A stretch of 64,000 nucleotides of DNA from a virus. Numbering within the stretch: the stretch's first letter is position 1; the number at the start of each line of letters is the position of its first letter. Location: positions 32,001-96,000 of the IMG/VR virus record IMGVR_UViG_3300026512_000003; one strand, 5' to 3'. Below, piece by piece: positions 12,601-22,386 of the stretch. A program made the translations under genes and the position numbers. Under the pieces are notes generated by a model. The model was not told the origin of the DNA. It made no database searches and saw nothing but the letters and a program-made list of their open reading frames with translations.

Positions 12601-12966
12601 CTTACTTTAATTAGCTTTAAGGAGTGTCAATTATTAGGGAAAAACAAAGTAGCTATGATTGCTAATGGTGTGCGTATAGAGCCACTTGTCTCTAAGTTAT
12701 TTCTTCCAGTAGAGTTTCGTGAAAGAAAATTACAGCAATGCTTGTTGCTACAAGGGGGTTTTGCAAAAGGACTTCTTTTTGGAGATGTTCATCTTTTTAG
12801 GGGTAAATATTATTTATTATCAAGTGATGGTTTAGAGAGATGGGAAATTCACAAAGGTCTATTATTAAACCATGAAGTGCTTATCTCACTTGAAGAAATT
12901 TTTGATATAATTGACCAAAATGGAAATGCTAGTTTGCCTGATGGTTTAGTAGTAGAGTTTAAATAA
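9655..12966 (+). CDS. large hypothetical protein (1103 aa), possible Ig-like beta-sandwich segments
   Basis: Long ORF, AAGGA RBS; ISNNSPFEIKL...LILQPGD resembles a beta-sandwich strand pattern. Confidence 0.7.
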   Translation: MVQIFSNDITLVRKEFKRAGDLLAATFYFKRIVVGGHTPIEISFIYDGILKSFCKQLDTIHLTEFENEIYFKNDIVFNRETLFEAMRNSTQVQIVNNKEIFTSLFGIKIEPNIEGFTFEKTLFLDSFPINSGRGNSYGEGYLFVFEDSLVGKLKKGFFIGNVVPFSMKEFEDKVNSYGKSKILSDIEISQKGKKTIISNNSPFEIKLNVGSYKFNRHVDIHSVTSYKYESLNDLELILQPGDDIKLDTEYTQKEEIVSLLDRELVIPKKEIIQGTSEYENNFYVVTKNPFEIELLEVLIPSQRVEPDSYIAISQFVDIEDLAETNLSILNKDSNLENIELTSTSGKLTIIDEVKVKNIIVDGQASVFSTGIDLTFKTKMKRIFSYLGEDEADYLVEYANKLTSKRVIAIERKVIYNDVISSPIDTFSVEIGMFGNIDRMLQKAKSVVYKDEINEEKLPCKKVAKDFLKRLLTVSYKDQGKIRFSANDILEHSSKKVCDVPVSQTGNKELDDAYSQFNSTINKSVSGFRMVNVSNYISSEDVATVEPLLTMREDESKECREDFVYKIEENLAELGLSYSVEHALAQLRKATHFFKRKEEVVATVSFGLSIDKKWYFCGEDFELAENVENPKVSTFAEGKIIEKAISKEPGKILLTENKKFLDSNDWGEHYKQELHDMYKALVTGTIEDSSSATHSGIRYFVEHTIDANKKLTLSYKDIKDNFAETMYLSEKNEIKTKILFPNIFDMMVKQGKIGDGSFIEETNMHTFGKLQKEYYQNYRDLQIKDAYDSAYEVGHSVYVRTNSNVLKQSVSLFATQGTELFGLEIKTDMPEKISIHQRENVIANGEKFAYGLEILLNNERISLITYDYLSKKATIELSENVKIADYSFLLFSLDMLVNNYYDTLEGKERSSLGVYDFFNSQGRFTKSYLFSSKENINSPSMVLKGVALTAFGVMRYLSKGEQSSVNDCEFKWIGDTISVKYNGLTLISFKECQLLGKNKVAMIANGVRIEPLVSKLFLPVEFRERKLQQCLLLQGGFAKGLLFGDVHLFRGKYYLLSSDGLERWEIHKGLLLNHEVLISLEEIFDIIDQNGNASLPDGLVVEFK

Positions 12967-12977
12967 GGAATTGCATC

Positions 12978-15617
12978 TTGATACCATTAATTCATATACT
13001 TCCTGAGGATTTACTTTTTACTGAAGCCTCAGGTATAATAAAATCAATTAGTCCGTCTTTTAATTACACGAAGAACTCAATTTTAGTGGAATTTGAATAT
13101 AATTTAGATGATACTTTTGCATTGGAAGTATTTTTAAACAGTGAAGATTATCCAATATTAGTAAAATTGCATTCATTGTATACTTCAGCTGAAATAGATG
13201 TCTCAGAGGACTTGAATTATCTACTTGCAACAGAAAAAACCGTAGTTAAAATAACGCTAGATTGGTTAGAAAAGCTAATCTATAATACTATGAATGTTGA
13301 TGATTTTAGAGCTGGTTCAACTTTTACATTGAAAATAATTCAAGATAAACAAGAGGTGTCAGATAGAGCAAAAATGACATCATTTCAGATATTGAGTGGC
13401 TTAATTTCAATGACAATAGACAGCAAAGAAGTAGTTTATACTAGTGGAACAAAAGAAACACATTATATACCTAGCCTAACCAGCAATAATGTTGCTTGTG
13501 AACTTTTAAGAATAGAGGGAATGTTTTATATATTTCAACTAACAAATTCACAAGTTATGGTTATTGCCCCACATAGAGCATTTGACAATCATTATCTGTT
13601 TCTTAACAATTTATTTATGAGAGCATTAAAGCTAGAAGATAATAAATTGGAAACAAGAGGCAAGATATTTTCTTTTAAGGATGGAAATATCTTACAGGGA
13701 TTTTCAATAACTTCAATACAAAAATTCTTTGAGGTCCAATATAAAGAGGAGTACAAACAGTACATTTTCAATGCATGCAGAGATAATAATCTTTATAGTG
13801 AAATATCTTGTCTAGCTCCTTCGATCAAACATCATTCAATGACAGTATACGATCTAAAGACTAGTGTTTTATTTTTAGGAAAAACTTCTTTTTCTAGAAA
13901 GTGGGTTAAGAATGAGAATAAATATTATATTGAAATCTTACTTGAAGGAATTAGTCATCGTTCTCAAAAAAGAGAAACAAGACAATTTAAACTCTTAATA
14001 GAACCATTAAGGTCTCTAAAAATCAAATCTAATTCTAAAAATCTTGGTGAATTTGCAACTTTTTTCAGGAAGGAAGATGAAAATTGGATACAAGAACACC
14101 TAAGCGATACAACTATAACACTTCAATCAAACGGATATATAACTGCTTCAAACAACAATTTTGTAGTAAGTTTTAAAACATCCTCTCTTCTTTTTATTAG
14201 AGACTATTTAAGAACGAATTATTCAGCTTACAAAACAGTATCGTCAAGAGATTTTTTATTACCTATGGAATCAATCAGGGAAGTGAATTTTATTGATAAC
14301 AGTATACGAAAAACAAATGGAACTTTTGATAAAAAGCAAAACATAGAAGACTTTATTCAAAGAGGGTTTCATCAAGGTGAAAGTTGTTTTACTGACAGAG
14401 ACCATTTTACAGACTTTGCTGGGCTTACATTTAGCCTCGCTCCTCTTGTGATAAATATGGATAGTGTAAATATTTTAAATCAAGATGAAATTGCACTTCT
14501 CTGTCGTAGTGTAGAAAGTGTGGAATACGGGCTACCTAGGTTAAAAAGAGATTGTCATAATTTTATGTATTCAATGTATCTTCAGTATGATTTCAAAGAA
14601 TTTTTCATTATTCTCAATGTAAAGCAAAAAATAGTGTATTTTATTAACTATTCAAACAAAGAAGTTTTTAAAAATGAAATTCAGGGTGCATTAAGTGGTT
14701 TCATAACAGACTTTAACTATAATCAGCTTAAAGAATTTTTTATAGAAGGTGGCTGGAATTCCATTTCATATGCTTCTAAAAATCTTTTTACAATTCTATC
14801 AGTAGATAACAGTGCTTTTGAACAAGAGGTTTCAGTTGTCTGGAACTATCAAGGTGGTATCTTTGAGAAAATGCTTTTAGATAACACAAAGTGCTCTCCT
14901 ACACAAACTCCAGAGAATACATTGAGAACAAGTTTTGAGAACAAAGAAGATATTTTCCGTGAATTTGCAAAGGGGATGTATGCTTCTAGAGAAGTTTCTG
15001 TTAATCAGATAACTTTAGCTGATTCAAAACTTACGATTGTAATGGATGTCGATGGAACACAAGAAAATCTTAGCATCGAAACCAAGATAGGAAATTTTGA
15101 ATTTAAAAAAAACCTAGCCAAAAAGATAAATTCTACAAGTGAAATTTACACTAGTATTGAACAAATAAATATTAGTAGTTCTCAAGGGATAGCACATCAA
15201 TATCAATGGATGCAATACGCTGTGTGTCAAACACATTTGCAAATTTCTTTTGCATTTGACATGAACATAATAGAAAATATTATAGAGAATGCAACACTTT
15301 TCACTAACGAAACATTTTCTATACTACATGATTCAGAAGGGTATGTTATACATTATACTAATGGGTCAAAAGTTGAAATTGGGGAAAAGATACTTATTGA
15401 TGATAACGAGTTAACTCTTGAAACAGAAGAAGAAGCATGGGCTAATTTGCTGGATACAAGTTCAGAAGTTAAAGATATTTTTACAAAAATAAGTGAATTT
15501 CCAGAAGTTACAACAGAAAATGAAAGACTAAGAGAAGCCATAGTGTTAACTGGTGAAGATTGTAAAATAGCAAAAATTCCAGCTACTCTAATGCAACATA
15601 AAATCATTAAGGAATAA
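12978..15617 (+). CDS. large hypothetical protein (879 aa)
   Basis: TTG start with AAGGA RBS directly after the upstream stop. Confidence 0.7.
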   Translation: MIPLIHILPEDLLFTEASGIIKSISPSFNYTKNSILVEFEYNLDDTFALEVFLNSEDYPILVKLHSLYTSAEIDVSEDLNYLLATEKTVVKITLDWLEKLIYNTMNVDDFRAGSTFTLKIIQDKQEVSDRAKMTSFQILSGLISMTIDSKEVVYTSGTKETHYIPSLTSNNVACELLRIEGMFYIFQLTNSQVMVIAPHRAFDNHYLFLNNLFMRALKLEDNKLETRGKIFSFKDGNILQGFSITSIQKFFEVQYKEEYKQYIFNACRDNNLYSEISCLAPSIKHHSMTVYDLKTSVLFLGKTSFSRKWVKNENKYYIEILLEGISHRSQKRETRQFKLLIEPLRSLKIKSNSKNLGEFATFFRKEDENWIQEHLSDTTITLQSNGYITASNNNFVVSFKTSSLLFIRDYLRTNYSAYKTVSSRDFLLPMESIREVNFIDNSIRKTNGTFDKKQNIEDFIQRGFHQGESCFTDRDHFTDFAGLTFSLAPLVINMDSVNILNQDEIALLCRSVESVEYGLPRLKRDCHNFMYSMYLQYDFKEFFIILNVKQKIVYFINYSNKEVFKNEIQGALSGFITDFNYNQLKEFFIEGGWNSISYASKNLFTILSVDNSAFEQEVSVVWNYQGGIFEKMLLDNTKCSPTQTPENTLRTSFENKEDIFREFAKGMYASREVSVNQITLADSKLTIVMDVDGTQENLSIETKIGNFEFKKNLAKKINSTSEIYTSIEQINISSSQGIAHQYQWMQYAVCQTHLQISFAFDMNIIENIIENATLFTNETFSILHDSEGYVIHYTNGSKVEIGEKILIDDNELTLETEEEAWANLLDTSSEVKDIFTKISEFPEVTTENERLREAIVLTGEDCKIAKIPATLMQHKIIKE

Positions 15618-15621
15618 ACAA

Positions 15622-17544
15622 ATGAGAGCATATCAACTAGCTAATTTTTATATATCAGAAGCTTTTGCGACAGAGCAGAATGTAAGGTTTGCCCCAAGGG
15701 TGGTTATTAGTGATTCTGCGGTTAATTTCTTTCTGTCAAGTGGAGATGCTTTTGGTATTAACAGAGGAAGCTCTAGGGTGATTCTTAGACTTGATGGTGT
15801 TATTTGTAAGATGAAGGTAGCTTCAAATGATGACAATAAAATAACATACGCAATACGCCCTGCAATAACAGATGGCTTTGTTCAATGGAGCGGCGATTTT
15901 AATGCTGATGACATTATTGAAGCATTATATGGTTTTTCTTTTTCGGACCGTCCCGACGATGTAGAATTTCAAATTTCAGAAGAAGGAAAAACTATAGATG
16001 TGACTGGCTCGTGGAGTACAACAGTAACATGGGACGATGATAACTTATATGTAGATGGTACTGAGGTTACTGAGACAACAGAGTTTCAAGGGGACGAAGA
16101 TTTTAAAATAACTATTGACCCAGAAACAACATTAGCTTATCTAAACAAGCAAACTCTTAGCCCTTCTGTGGACAAGACTTCTCTTGAAGGAGATACTACA
16201 AATACATTTACGGAAGTAAATATACCTCAAAGTGTTTTTGAAGAGAAAGAGCTCTCTTGTGATTATAATACAATCGAATTCGATGATTATGGTCATCAGT
16301 ACTTTAAAATTAATGCCTTGGATGCTTACACTTCCACTGAGAATATATGGCTAAAGAATAATTCTCGCCAATATTTAGATAGAGATCAGTCTGCTTTTGT
16401 TGTAGTAGGAGATAACTTCTCTATTCTAAATAGAAGTGATGCAAAATCTTTGGCAACAACAGATTTCGATCATATTAAAGGGCTAGTGTCATGTTCTGAA
16501 GCTATTTTTGTATCTTATGCAAAAGTTTATAGAAGTTATGTATACATTGATTACAGTTTTGTTTATTTTGACGAAGAAGTAAATAGATGTGGGGATCCAG
16601 ATGCTGTTCCTACAATAGAAAGAGCTTGTCGTCTGAAAGTAAAAAATAGTAGCATTACGATGAGTAAAATTAGTGATAAATTAGAGCAAATAAGTCTTAT
16701 AGATGGAGCTCAAGATTTAAGTGCTGCTATGTATGACAAAATTCGTTTTGGGATAGGATGCTTTAAATCAGATTATAAAATATACACATACAAAGATCTT
16801 ATTACAAGTCTGGAAGTTATTTTCAACAGAGAATCTTCTTCAAAATACCTAAAATTGACAGTAGAAGATCAAACTACAAGGTATGCTACAGCTATCTTAA
16901 CAAAAAGTGGATCTAAGGAATCTACAAAAAAAAGGAATATTGGTAGATATACAAATACTGCTGAAAAAAAATTGTCAAGTTCTGTTGTTTTAAATTTAAC
17001 TCTAAAGAAAAGTAACGATATGATAACCGATGACACAGAGACACTGTTTACAAATGGTGCTATTTCATTAGAGAAAGACACCTTAATGTTTCTTTCTAAA
17101 AGATTGTATGTTAATATCCTAGATGTTGCTAAGAGTTTTCCTAGAATTAGACTGTCATATTCTAACTTAGCAGTTGTGGCAATTATTGACGAAGATGGAA
17201 CCGAAAAAGAAATGCAATTAGACTACATAACTCGACAAAGAGTTATTGTTGGAAAAATAGAAGAGGATGATTCCCAGGTAGTTTTAGCTGGAGATGATTT
17301 ACTGGATTTTCTAAATGAAATAAATGTCAAATATGTATTTGAAATAACATGTAAGCCTGCTGTTCTTAAAATTACAGATTTAGATGGTAACGAAAGTAGG
17401 CATACATTTACAGAGGCAACTTTACTAATTATACATTCAGAAATAGTGGATAATTCTCCTCTGAAAAAGATATTTTATACCAATACTACAGACAATGGTA
17501 TTCTTGAAGCACTTAGTTATACTATAGAGGAAGAGGAGGAATAA
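15622..17544 (+). CDS. hypothetical acidic protein (640 aa), probable structural
   Basis: AAGGA RBS; D/E/T-rich beta-strand character. Confidence 0.7.
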   Translation: MRAYQLANFYISEAFATEQNVRFAPRVVISDSAVNFFLSSGDAFGINRGSSRVILRLDGVICKMKVASNDDNKITYAIRPAITDGFVQWSGDFNADDIIEALYGFSFSDRPDDVEFQISEEGKTIDVTGSWSTTVTWDDDNLYVDGTEVTETTEFQGDEDFKITIDPETTLAYLNKQTLSPSVDKTSLEGDTTNTFTEVNIPQSVFEEKELSCDYNTIEFDDYGHQYFKINALDAYTSTENIWLKNNSRQYLDRDQSAFVVVGDNFSILNRSDAKSLATTDFDHIKGLVSCSEAIFVSYAKVYRSYVYIDYSFVYFDEEVNRCGDPDAVPTIERACRLKVKNSSITMSKISDKLEQISLIDGAQDLSAAMYDKIRFGIGCFKSDYKIYTYKDLITSLEVIFNRESSSKYLKLTVEDQTTRYATAILTKSGSKESTKKRNIGRYTNTAEKKLSSSVVLNLTLKKSNDMITDDTETLFTNGAISLEKDTLMFLSKRLYVNILDVAKSFPRIRLSYSNLAVVAIIDEDGTEKEMQLDYITRQRVIVGKIEEDDSQVVLAGDDLLDFLNEINVKYVFEITCKPAVLKITDLDGNESRHTFTEATLLIIHSEIVDNSPLKKIFYTNTTDNGILEALSYTIEEEEE

Positions 17545-19026
17545 ATGGTACCAAAAAGCAGATTATATTACAAGGGGTGCAACCCTGAAGTTGAACCAAA
17601 CTATATAGATAATGAAAAAACAGAAATAGGAAAATCCTATGGCAATAGATTTTTTACAAGGCTTTCTCAGATAGTAACTGAACAAGAAATTGGCAATAGA
17701 AACAACTTAATCTTTTATAGAAGAAAAATAGAATGGACAGAAGATAAAATAGTAAAAACAAGTCATTTGCATGTAGATTTGAATGCTGGAACAAACAACT
17801 ATGGAAAGATTGCATGGAACAGTATATTGAAAAAAGATATAACAGCAAGCGTAGATATCGGCAATAATAATAAAATTAATTTAGACTTAAGACAAAATAA
17901 CGATGTGGTTTGTGGAGACAATAATATTTTGCATGGTTCTTTTTCCAACTTAAACAATGCTGTTGTAGTTGGGAGCGATAATATTTTGGTTAATTTTAGA
18001 ACACACACAAAAGAGAATGAGCAACTAATTGGCCTGTCTAGGTTAGGAAGTCTTATGTTTTCCACAGAAATAGTAGAGCCAAGCAGCATAGGTGATACTT
18101 GTATTCAAGTTCTGTCTTGCAAAAAAGTTATGCTTGGAAGGGAGATCTTTTTTGGGACAGAACGAAAAGCATATGTATCAAGGATTGTTACAAAAGTGGA
18201 AGATGGTTATGTTTATTTTAATATACCAATTGCTGCAGGTGAAACTTCTAGAGTGGGTACTAGAGTATTTAATGAGCATTACGAGGTTCTACCAGCATTC
18301 CATAGTATTTTAGAAAGAGAGCTTCAACCATATTCAAAAAGAGCATTTTTTGGAGCAAATAAAGAGCTTTTCTTGAGAGACATAAAAATAGGGGATAATT
18401 TTATCACAAAAGTATTATTTGTTAGAGAAACTGATAATATGAGTATACTAAAAAACATTAGTCAAGATGTGATACCTATTGGAACAGAAGTATCTGCAGA
18501 GGAAGACAATCCATATATCGCATGGTCTGTTTCAATAGAAAACATTGAAGATAATAAATGTGATTTCAGTGGAAAAGGGTATCCTTTTGTAGGTAGAACA
18601 GCAATTATTGAAAATGAGTCTTATTCGATAACTGAATTTACTGAGAATACTATCAGTTTTGATAAACCTTTACCTGAAAGTGTAACAAGTATTAACTTTA
18701 GTGAAATAGAAGAATATAAAGGTGATTTAGCTAATTCTAGCAAAATAACTACACTTACTTCTTTTACGAATACAACAATTCCAGTAGAGGAACCAACTAA
18801 CTTTTTCGTTGGACAGACAGTCTACTTTAGCACAGTAAATACACCTATGCAGATTATAGAGATTGGCGATAATGAAATAATTGTTGATAATCCTGTATTC
18901 ACTGGCACAATTAATAATTCTTTTTTTGTAGGAGCAAGAAAACTTGTAGTATCTACTCATACTCTTGAAGATTTAGCAAATAATACAGCAGAGTTTTTAT
19001 ATGAAGGAATAGACGATGAAAATTAG
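17545..19026 (+). CDS. putative tail fibre/baseplate appendage protein
   Basis: Short beta-helix-like repeats (VDIGNNNKI, VVCGDNNIL, VVVGSDNIL) and repeated small beta domains (GDTCIQVLS...MLGREIFF; NTTIPVEEPTNFFVGQTVYF); GGAGG RBS. Confidence 0.5.
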   Translation: MVPKSRLYYKGCNPEVEPNYIDNEKTEIGKSYGNRFFTRLSQIVTEQEIGNRNNLIFYRRKIEWTEDKIVKTSHLHVDLNAGTNNYGKIAWNSILKKDITASVDIGNNNKINLDLRQNNDVVCGDNNILHGSFSNLNNAVVVGSDNILVNFRTHTKENEQLIGLSRLGSLMFSTEIVEPSSIGDTCIQVLSCKKVMLGREIFFGTERKAYVSRIVTKVEDGYVYFNIPIAAGETSRVGTRVFNEHYEVLPAFHSILERELQPYSKRAFFGANKELFLRDIKIGDNFITKVLFVRETDNMSILKNISQDVIPIGTEVSAEEDNPYIAWSVSIENIEDNKCDFSGKGYPFVGRTAIIENESYSITEFTENTISFDKPLPESVTSINFSEIEEYKGDLANSSKITTLTSFTNTTIPVEEPTNFFVGQTVYFSTVNTPMQIIEIGDNEIIVDNPVFTGTINNSFFVGARKLVVSTHTLEDLANNTAEFLYEGIDDEN

Positions 19027-20206
19027 TATAACACCAAAAGGAGTTGATTTTTTTGATAGAACTCTTGTGGCAAATATTTCAAATGAAATAGTTAAGCCTG
19101 AGGATAATATATGGGAATCACAACATGATTTTGCGATCTACACACAGAACCATATAATTTTCATATCCTTGGGAGAGGATACTCTCTATAGTATTGCTTT
19201 TGTGCAAGAAAAAGTAGTTTATGGACCTTATACTAGTATTGAAGAAATGTGTTCTCTGCATTTATTCGGAATATATGATGGGTTAATCACATTTATGAAA
19301 AAAAGTATTCTTTTTTCAGATAATAGTAGTTATCTTAAGATTGATAATTTTGAATATTTTGGGCACACAACACATTGTACAGGAAGCCCAAGTGGAATAG
19401 CAAGAAAAATAGCTTACAATATAAGAAAATTATATGATTCGTTTGAATATGAATTTTCACCAAAAACAATGATTTCTGATTCTACAGTTATAACATTTCT
19501 TAACAAGCTACATAATATGTTTTCAGGTTCTAATTTTCCTGAAAGTATTAAAAAAAATAGGTTTGAAAGTATTGTTAAAGTTTATAAAAATAGTGTTAAA
19601 TCTCTAAATAGGGATAATAAAGTCGCTATTATTATGAATACTGGAAAATCGAGACATGCTGTAGTTACAGTTCCTGATGTAATTTATCAAGGACAATATA
19701 TATTCTCAAGCAATTCTGACGAAGGGCTTGATCTTATTGAAAAACTTGTTACTAATGCTGAAACTGTAACTATTAGTAATGCGGTAGAGGTAGAACAGCT
19801 TGAAATTGATTTTGGAATAAAAGAAAAAGTTAATACAGTTCAGCTTATAGCACAAAAAATGTTTAACAATTTGATTGCAGTAGTAGCCTTTGAGAAGGAG
19901 TTGTGTTTTATAATTGAAGATAACAATGCTTTGTTTTGTATACGCAGAACGCTCCCCTCAAATGAATTTGTGGTTGAACCATTTGCTAATTTTACTATGA
20001 ATGGATTGAATGTTACAAACTCAGGTATAAAATTAATGATAAACTCTTCAGAAGAACCTCTTTTGGGAAATGTTACCATAAAAATACAAGAAAAAACATA
20101 TCAGATAGACACATTTTTAAACAGATGTTTTACTGAAGACAATAATATATATTGTCTGGAATTCTTAGAAGATTCCACTAAGTACAATCTAATAGGAGAA
20201 CTTTAA
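19016..20206 (+). CDS. hypothetical protein (396 aa)
   Basis: Overlaps the upstream gene, AAGGA RBS. Confidence 0.65.
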   Translation: MKISITPKGVDFFDRTLVANISNEIVKPEDNIWESQHDFAIYTQNHIIFISLGEDTLYSIAFVQEKVVYGPYTSIEEMCSLHLFGIYDGLITFMKKSILFSDNSSYLKIDNFEYFGHTTHCTGSPSGIARKIAYNIRKLYDSFEYEFSPKTMISDSTVITFLNKLHNMFSGSNFPESIKKNRFESIVKVYKNSVKSLNRDNKVAIIMNTGKSRHAVVTVPDVIYQGQYIFSSNSDEGLDLIEKLVTNAETVTISNAVEVEQLEIDFGIKEKVNTVQLIAQKMFNNLIAVVAFEKELCFIIEDNNALFCIRRTLPSNEFVVEPFANFTMNGLNVTNSGIKLMINSSEEPLLGNVTIKIQEKTYQIDTFLNRCFTEDNNIYCLEFLEDSTKYNLIGEL

Positions 20207-20443
20207 ATGTATATAAATGAAGCAAGTGGAGAATTGATTGACAATTCAAACAGAGTTCCAGAAGGTTCCATCCATAGGGAGATTACAGAAACTTTTAAAA
20301 AAGGGGATGCTTTGAAAAAAGTTTCTCTTTCGGACGAAACAAAAATTACTATTGTCTCTAGTTTTCCTAAAAAAAACTTTCCATTGACCGAGAAAGATAA
20401 CACCTTGATTAAGCAAAAATACGGTACAATTTCTCAAAAATAA
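20207..20443 (+). CDS. small hypothetical protein (78 aa)
   Basis: AGGAG RBS; fills the gap in the operon exactly. Confidence 0.6.
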   Translation: MYINEASGELIDNSNRVPEGSIHREITETFKKGDALKKVSLSDETKITIVSSFPKKNFPLTEKDNTLIKQKYGTISQK

Positions 20444-20458
20444 TAACAAGGAGTCTCT

Positions 20459-21688
20459 ATGTTCTTAGAGCAAGTGTTTTACACATTTTCACCATATGTT
20501 TTCTCTGGAAAAAGAATATATAATTTTTGTTTTGGCTCTACAGAACCTGTAGCTTATCTAAATCTATATGTCATCTTTGATAGAAACACTTATACTATAT
20601 ATGGGCAACCATCTTTAAATAATATCAGTAATACTGATATCGTAAGCCTGTCTAAACCGCTTGCATCAAATATAGAAATTGGCAATACAGTACAAATAAC
20701 CGTCAGTAATGATAATATTAAGGGGATGAGTAGTTTTATCAATGTTTCATTAAAGATAACAGATAAGCCTGTTGTAGAGTTATCCTCGAATGATTCGTTC
20801 GATGCTATCAAATATTTAGAAGAAGCAGTAGATCCTTTAATACAAGAAGCGAAGTTGTTTACCTTAAGAAATATAGCACTTGTAGAAATTCTTTCTAAAC
20901 TAAACCTTCTTAAGAAAACGAATAGTGCGCTCGATGAAAAAAAGGCTACTTTAGCTCTAGTGCAAGATTTCTTTTCTCAAAAAAGTCTTTTAGCATCTTA
21001 TGCAAAAATAGATAGTTCATTACTTCAAGATTTTTTTACTAGAAACAGACTTCAAGCAAAAGAAGGAAATGTGTGCCAATTTTTTGCAGACATAGTAGTT
21101 CTAAGTGAACATTTGTTTAATTCTGATATAGTTTTGGAAAAAATCCCATATCAAGTGAGTGACACTATCATGTTGAAGTGGTTAAAGACAAAAGACGATA
21201 GTTATATTACGAGACTGAAAGTTTGTTCAGAAAATGTTGAAATAACAAAACAAATAGAACTCAATTTAGCAACATGTGAAACTAAAGAAAAAGTCAAAGA
21301 GATAATAAGGATTCTTTCAAGCTTCACATATGTGTCAGAAATAACTCTTACAAATAGTGAAGGAGAGACCAAACATATATCAATTGAAAAAATATATACA
21401 CCATCTTGTTTTCAATTTGATTCAAGTAGCTGTTCCCAAAATAAAGGATTGCATGGGACAGAAGGTGAGAATGTTATTTTTTCTGTTTCATATGGAACAG
21501 CTTGCGATTATTTTGTAGGAGTAATGGTAGTACATAACAATTCTGAATATGGTATTGAACGGAAGGTCGTTTACGGCGAAACTCCTATAAAAACATGGGC
21601 TACATACTGGGGTGACGCAGAAGTAGCGTTTAACTCAGGAACAGTAAACACAGACTATAAGCTAACAGTTGATATAAAAGGAGTATAA
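20459..21688 (+). CDS. structural protein with N-terminal putative Ig/cadherin-like (He_PIG-type) domain
   Basis: IFDRNTYTIYGQPS...VQITVSND matches the FD..T.TI.G.P...I.ITVSD pattern of putative Ig domains; AAGGAG RBS. Confidence 0.5.
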   Translation: MFLEQVFYTFSPYVFSGKRIYNFCFGSTEPVAYLNLYVIFDRNTYTIYGQPSLNNISNTDIVSLSKPLASNIEIGNTVQITVSNDNIKGMSSFINVSLKITDKPVVELSSNDSFDAIKYLEEAVDPLIQEAKLFTLRNIALVEILSKLNLLKKTNSALDEKKATLALVQDFFSQKSLLASYAKIDSSLLQDFFTRNRLQAKEGNVCQFFADIVVLSEHLFNSDIVLEKIPYQVSDTIMLKWLKTKDDSYITRLKVCSENVEITKQIELNLATCETKEKVKEIIRILSSFTYVSEITLTNSEGETKHISIEKIYTPSCFQFDSSSCSQNKGLHGTEGENVIFSVSYGTACDYFVGVMVVHNNSEYGIERKVVYGETPIKTWATYWGDAEVAFNSGTVNTDYKLTVDIKGV

Positions 21689-21689
21689 C

Positions 21690-22385
21690 ATGCGAAATAT
21701 TCTTCCCGATTTAGCTGTAAGCTTAAGAAACAGGGTAATGTCTGTTGGAAATGAACATTTAAAAGAACTATTACTTTCCGAAGAAAATCTACCATGCATA
21801 TTGGCTTATTATGGAGCATTTTCCATTTTAGGCGAAGATATGTTAGCTTATGAAAGTGAATCAATTCAGTATATTCTTCTAAGTAACAGAATATCTGTTA
21901 AAAACATTAATAAAATTGTTCAACTAAATATACTTTTATCCGATACAGATTATATTTTGAGTACAGCCGATGGCTTCAGAACCTTTGTTGAATTAGTTAA
22001 CGATGATGAAGTAAAATCAGGAACACTTTCATATGAAGAGCCTGAAAAGATTGCGTTTGCTATACTTGTGGCAATAGCTATTCTTAACTCAATAAATATC
22101 CCAATAGTATCAGATGCTGTTAAATACAGTGTTGCGTGTTTAAAAGAAGATGGTTGGGAAATGCCACCTCTATTTTTTAATAGTGACAAATTTTTTCCAT
22201 TTTTTGACAATTTTGATAAGCATTTATATGAACAAGTTTCATTTAGTAGCAAAACATTTGCGATTCATTGTAGTAAAGATGCAAAAATAGATGCATCTTC
22301 TGCCATAGAAAATTTTGCTGAAAGACACAAGACATTTCTTCAGTATATTGAGTATAAGATAAAGGAAATAAAGGGATATTTGTAA
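21690..22385 (+). CDS. hypothetical protein upstream of the terminase (231 aa)
   Basis: AAGGAG RBS; 1 nt from both neighbours; function not recognisable. Confidence 0.65.
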   Translation: MRNILPDLAVSLRNRVMSVGNEHLKELLLSEENLPCILAYYGAFSILGEDMLAYESESIQYILLSNRISVKNINKIVQLNILLSDTDYILSTADGFRTFVELVNDDEVKSGTLSYEEPEKIAFAILVAIAILNSINIPIVSDAVKYSVACLKEDGWEMPPLFFNSDKFFPFFDNFDKHLYEQVSFSSKTFAIHCSKDAKIDASSAIENFAERHKTFLQYIEYKIKEIKGYL

Positions 22386-22386
22386 A

